DNA of 64,000 nt from Lytechinus pictus. Its lineage: Eukaryota. The position numbers and the translations under genes were made by a program. The stretch is taken from assembly GCF_037042905.1 (NCBI RefSeq), contig NC_087250.1, positions 14,262,001 through 14,326,000 of the forward strand, written 5' to 3'. The notes below the pieces were generated by a model. That model made no database searches, was not told the origin of the DNA, and worked only from the letters and a program-made list of their open reading frames with translations. Shown here piece by piece: positions 60,337-64,000 of the stretch. Numbering within the stretch: the first letter of the stretch is position 1; each line of letters begins with the position of its first letter.

Positions 60337-62072
60337 TCACATACCTAGGGCGTCTCCCGTTGTATGGATTTGTTTATGTTTTGCGAGATTACTATATTGA
60401 GTAAATGCCTTATAACAATAATGACATACGTACGGTTTCTCCCCTGTATGGATTTGCTTATGTCTAGTGAGATGGCTTAATCGAGTAAATGCTTTACTAC
60501 ATTGATCACATACATACGGCTTCTCACCGGTATGGATCCGTTTATGTTCTGTGAGATGATGTTCTGATTTAAATGCCTTACCACATTGATCACATGCATA
60601 GGGCCTTTCATCGGTATGGATTTGTTTATGTCTTATGAGACTTTGTTTTTTATTAAATGCCTTACCACATTGATCACATACATAAGGTTTCTCACCTGTA
60701 TGGATTCGTTTATGTGCTGTGAGATTAGATTGTCGAGCATATGCCTTACCACATTGATCACACACACAGGGCTTCTCACCGGTATGGATTCGTTTATGTC
60801 TCGTGAGATCACCAGATTGACTAAATGCTTTACTACATTTATCACATACAAAGGGCTTTTCTCCTGTATGGATTAGTTTATGTGCTGTTAGATCATAAGA
60901 TCTCGTAAATGCCCTTCCACATGGATCACATACATAGGGCTTGTCACCTATATGGATATGCTCATGAATTCTGAGATTCCATTTGTATCTAAATGCCTTA
61001 TCACATTGATCACACACATAGGGCTTCTCACCAGTATGGATTAGTTTATGTCTTGTGAGACCATTAGATTTACTAAATGCTTTACTACATTTATCACATA
61101 CAAAGGGCTTTTCACCTGTATGGATCCGTTTATGTTCTATGAGATGATGTTCTAATTTAAACACCTTACCACATTGATCACATATATACGGTTTCTCACC
61201 AGTATGGATTCGTTTATGTATAGTGAGAGCCTTTAATCGAGTAAATGCCTTGCCACATTGATCACACACACAGGGCTTCTCACCGGTATGGATTCGTTTA
61301 TGTCTCGTGAGATCACCAGATTGACTAAATGCTTTACTACATTTATCACATACAAAGGGCTTTTCACCTGTATGGATCCGTTTATGTTCTATGAGATGAT
61401 GTTCTAATTTAAATCCCTTACCACATTGATCGCATACATAGGGCCTTTCACCGGTATGGATTAGTTTATGTCTTGTGAGATCATAAGATAGACTAAATCC
61501 CTTACCACATTGATCGCATACATAGGGCCTTTCACCGGTATGGATTTGTTTATGTCTAGTGAGATGATGTTCTAATTTAAATGCCTCACCGCATTGATCA
61601 CATACATACAGTTTCTCACCTGTATGGATTCGTTTATGTCTTATGAGACTCTGTTTTTTATTAAATGCTTCACCACATTGATCACATACATACGGTTTCT
61701 CACCTGTATGGATTCGTTTATGTCTTATGAGACTCTGTTTTTTATTAAATGCCTTACCACATTGATCACATACAGAGGGCTTCTCATCATCAATTACTTT
61801 ATGGCATGATGCAAAATATGAATCAATACTGGACTTACACTCAAGTATCATATTTACTTCACTTCCTTCTTTTAAAATCCCCATTTCACCAAGTTCAAAG
61901 TCATTAGATTTACAGGGAGGTCTTTGTATTTCTCCATCAACAAACTGTAGAATGCCCTCCTGCGACCGCATGTAGATACCACGTATTCCATGTTTGTACT
62001 TGAGATGCCTTGCTAAGATGAGAGGAATGGCATAGAATGATCCACAGTACTCACATCGGTAGATCCCAGAAT
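60337..62072 (-). CDS. C2H2 zinc-finger protein, terminal coding exon (1 isolated + 17 tandem fingers)
   Basis: CxxC-x12-HxxxH repeats with TGEKPY linkers. The frame extends upstream of the ATG at 61971 through [24 protein letters not shown] to the acceptor tttcttttccaatAG at 62074-62073. Confidence 0.93.
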
Positions 62073-62206
62073 CTATTGGAAAAGAAATTTACATTGTCAT
62101 ATTATCATTAAATGATTCAGAGATTATATTAGGCCCGTAAAGACTGAAACATGATCGAAAAAGAACATGGAAGGCAAAAAAAATGACTTCAGTGTAAAAC
62201 ATACAT

Positions 62207-62516
62207 GGCCCGTATTCTGATAGCAGGTTTAACTTAAACTCTGGTTTAAAGTTGTGGTTTAAGTATGGAGAGCCAATTGTTACATAAATCACTAACAGTA
62301 GAGATATCATACTTCAGCTCATTTGGCTCTCAAATCATTCATAATTGTCTAGGAAGTATAAATAGATGATTGTCTTCACCATCATGAATCAGGAAAGAGC
62401 ACAGTAAACATAAGAAACATACAACTTAATAAAAATTTTGATACTTTTGGCTTCCCATACTTAAACCACAACTTTAAACCTGAGTTTAAGTTAAACCTGC
62501 TATCAGAATACGGGCC
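62207..62516. mobile_element. Intronic MITE (ISL2EU/Harbinger-like)
   Basis: AT-GGCCCGTATTCTGATAGCAGGTTTAACTTAAACTC ... TTAAACCTGCTATCAGAATACGGGCC-AT. Confidence 0.85.
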
Positions 62517-63189
62517 ATGGGGAGTCTTAGGATGACAGTCGCATCGTTTGCATGCAGATACATTGCCAAGTGGCTTGTTCCAAATCAACATATAACTCGG
62601 GATGACATGATATATCATCCATGACTAGACAAGCCTTACATTGTATAACATGTACATGGAAGCAAGGGTTAAAGTTCAGCAACCAAGACAACTGCCCCTA
62701 CCCCTATACTTTTCAAGTAGTGAAAGGGGGGGGGGGTGTGGATAACCAAAAGGAGAGAAGAAAATCAGAGATGTATAGATTATGTCAAGAAAATAAGACC
62801 ATAAGCATTTATAAGTTTTAAAACAGAATGACTGTAGAGCTTTATTCTACATTATCCATCGGCGTAAAATGTGCCTATATTAATATGGACAGATGTTTGT
62901 TGACTGTGTCTGTATGTGGCATTTATGTCCTTCATGTATACACTAGTGTTAGTATATAGATTAACATAAACTTTAAATTCCAGTATACGGTCCTTAAGAG
63001 TGAAGAAAGAAGGTACTATTTCTCTCTTTTTAGGTAGTTTCCAACTATATCAAGATACCCTACAGAATTGAGATGGGAATGTAATTGATGTACAGAATTT
63101 TTAGGGAAGATCTATTTATTTCTTCACTGGTTAAACATAACCACCCATAAAAAAAGAGGTCAAATACATATTGTTTTTTCTTTATTTAC

Positions 63190-63946
63190 CTGAGCCCTTT
63201 CTTTCCTGCCAATCATCTCCTTCCTCCACTTTTGAACAAGATGGTTCGGATTGCTTGGGGGTCTGGTCTCCCCCTGGAGCTACTTCTGTCAAGGTCTGTT
63301 CAGTCTCCAGATCACATGACTTTGTTTTGAGATCACCTGATTGCTTGGGAGTCTGGTCTCCCCCTAGAGCAACTTCTGTCAAGGTCTGTTCAGTCTCCAG
63401 ATCACATGACTTTGTTTTGAGATCACCTGATTGCTTGGGGGTCTGGTCGCCCGCTGAAGCTACTTCTGTCAAGGTTTGTTCTCTCTTCTGATCACATGAC
63501 TGAGTGTTGAGATCCCCTGATTGCTTGGGAATCTGGTCTCCCCCTGGAGCAACTTCTGTCAAAGTTTGTTCAATCTTCAGATCACATGACTGAGTGTTGA
63601 GATCCCCTGATTGCTTGGGAATCTGGTCTCCCCCTAGAGCAACTTCTGTCAAAGTTTGTTCAATCTTCAGATCACATGACTGAGTGTTGAGATCACCTGA
63701 TTGCTTGGGGGTCTGGTTGCCTCCTGGAGCTACTTCTGTCAAGGTTTGTTCAGTCTCCTGATCACATGACTGAGTGTTGAGATCACCTGACCTCTGATCA
63801 CCTGATGATGTTGGATTGATTTGTGTCTGGATAGCCTCATCATAGTCCTCAATTGCAAGGAGTGCAATGATTCCCTCTCCTTCGATTTCATGAGCATTTA
63901 GCAGATTCCCATCATCATCATACTCAATCTCCACTTTAATAGTGAC
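63190..63946 (-). CDS. Internal exon of the ZNF gene: acidic region with six 30-aa repeats
   Basis: Acceptor ccctttttttccaattAG|GTCACT, donor CTCAG|GTAAAT; 757 nt leaves phase 1, matching the acceptor at 62072 (G+AT = Asp). Confidence 0.88.
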
Positions 63947-64000
63947 CTAATTGGAAAAAAAGGGACAAACTTTCACATATAAGTGATGACATGACATACA

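Overview
Eukaryotic, AT-rich, transposon-saturated DNA. The repeat types and the tRNA-headed SINE suggest a sea urchin or other echinoderm; this is an inference and was not checked by search. The only host gene I can support is the 3' part of a minus-strand C2H2 zinc-finger gene (exons 63190-63946 and 60337-62072; 17 tandem fingers plus one isolated finger; an exon with six 30-aa repeats). The rest resolves into nested mobile elements. (1) A young, near-intact 8.66-kb Ty3/Gypsy LTR retrotransposon (40128-48785, CATA TSD) with a GGGAAC-type -1 slip site plus predicted pseudoknot, an RS-rich Gag lacking a zinc knuckle, and one in-frame stop before a repeat-rich Pol tail. (2) That element lies inside a giant foldback with ~3.1-kb arms and a 47-bp spacer (35605-53909), built largely from a higher-order (TATC)n microsatellite; only the right arm carries insertions (four of them). 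(3) A 7.7-kb EnSpm/CMC-like element (12742-20461) with AACGTT arrays, containing a Transib-type element whose two ends both resemble V(D)J 23-RSS signals and a 633-bp MULE-like palindrome. (4) Many Kolobok-, Tc1/mariner-, piggyBac-, hAT-, P-, Academ- and ISL2EU-like MITEs, SINEs and decayed LINEs. Superfamily labels rest on terminal motifs and TSD length only. Most short ORFs in the track are repeat artefacts.
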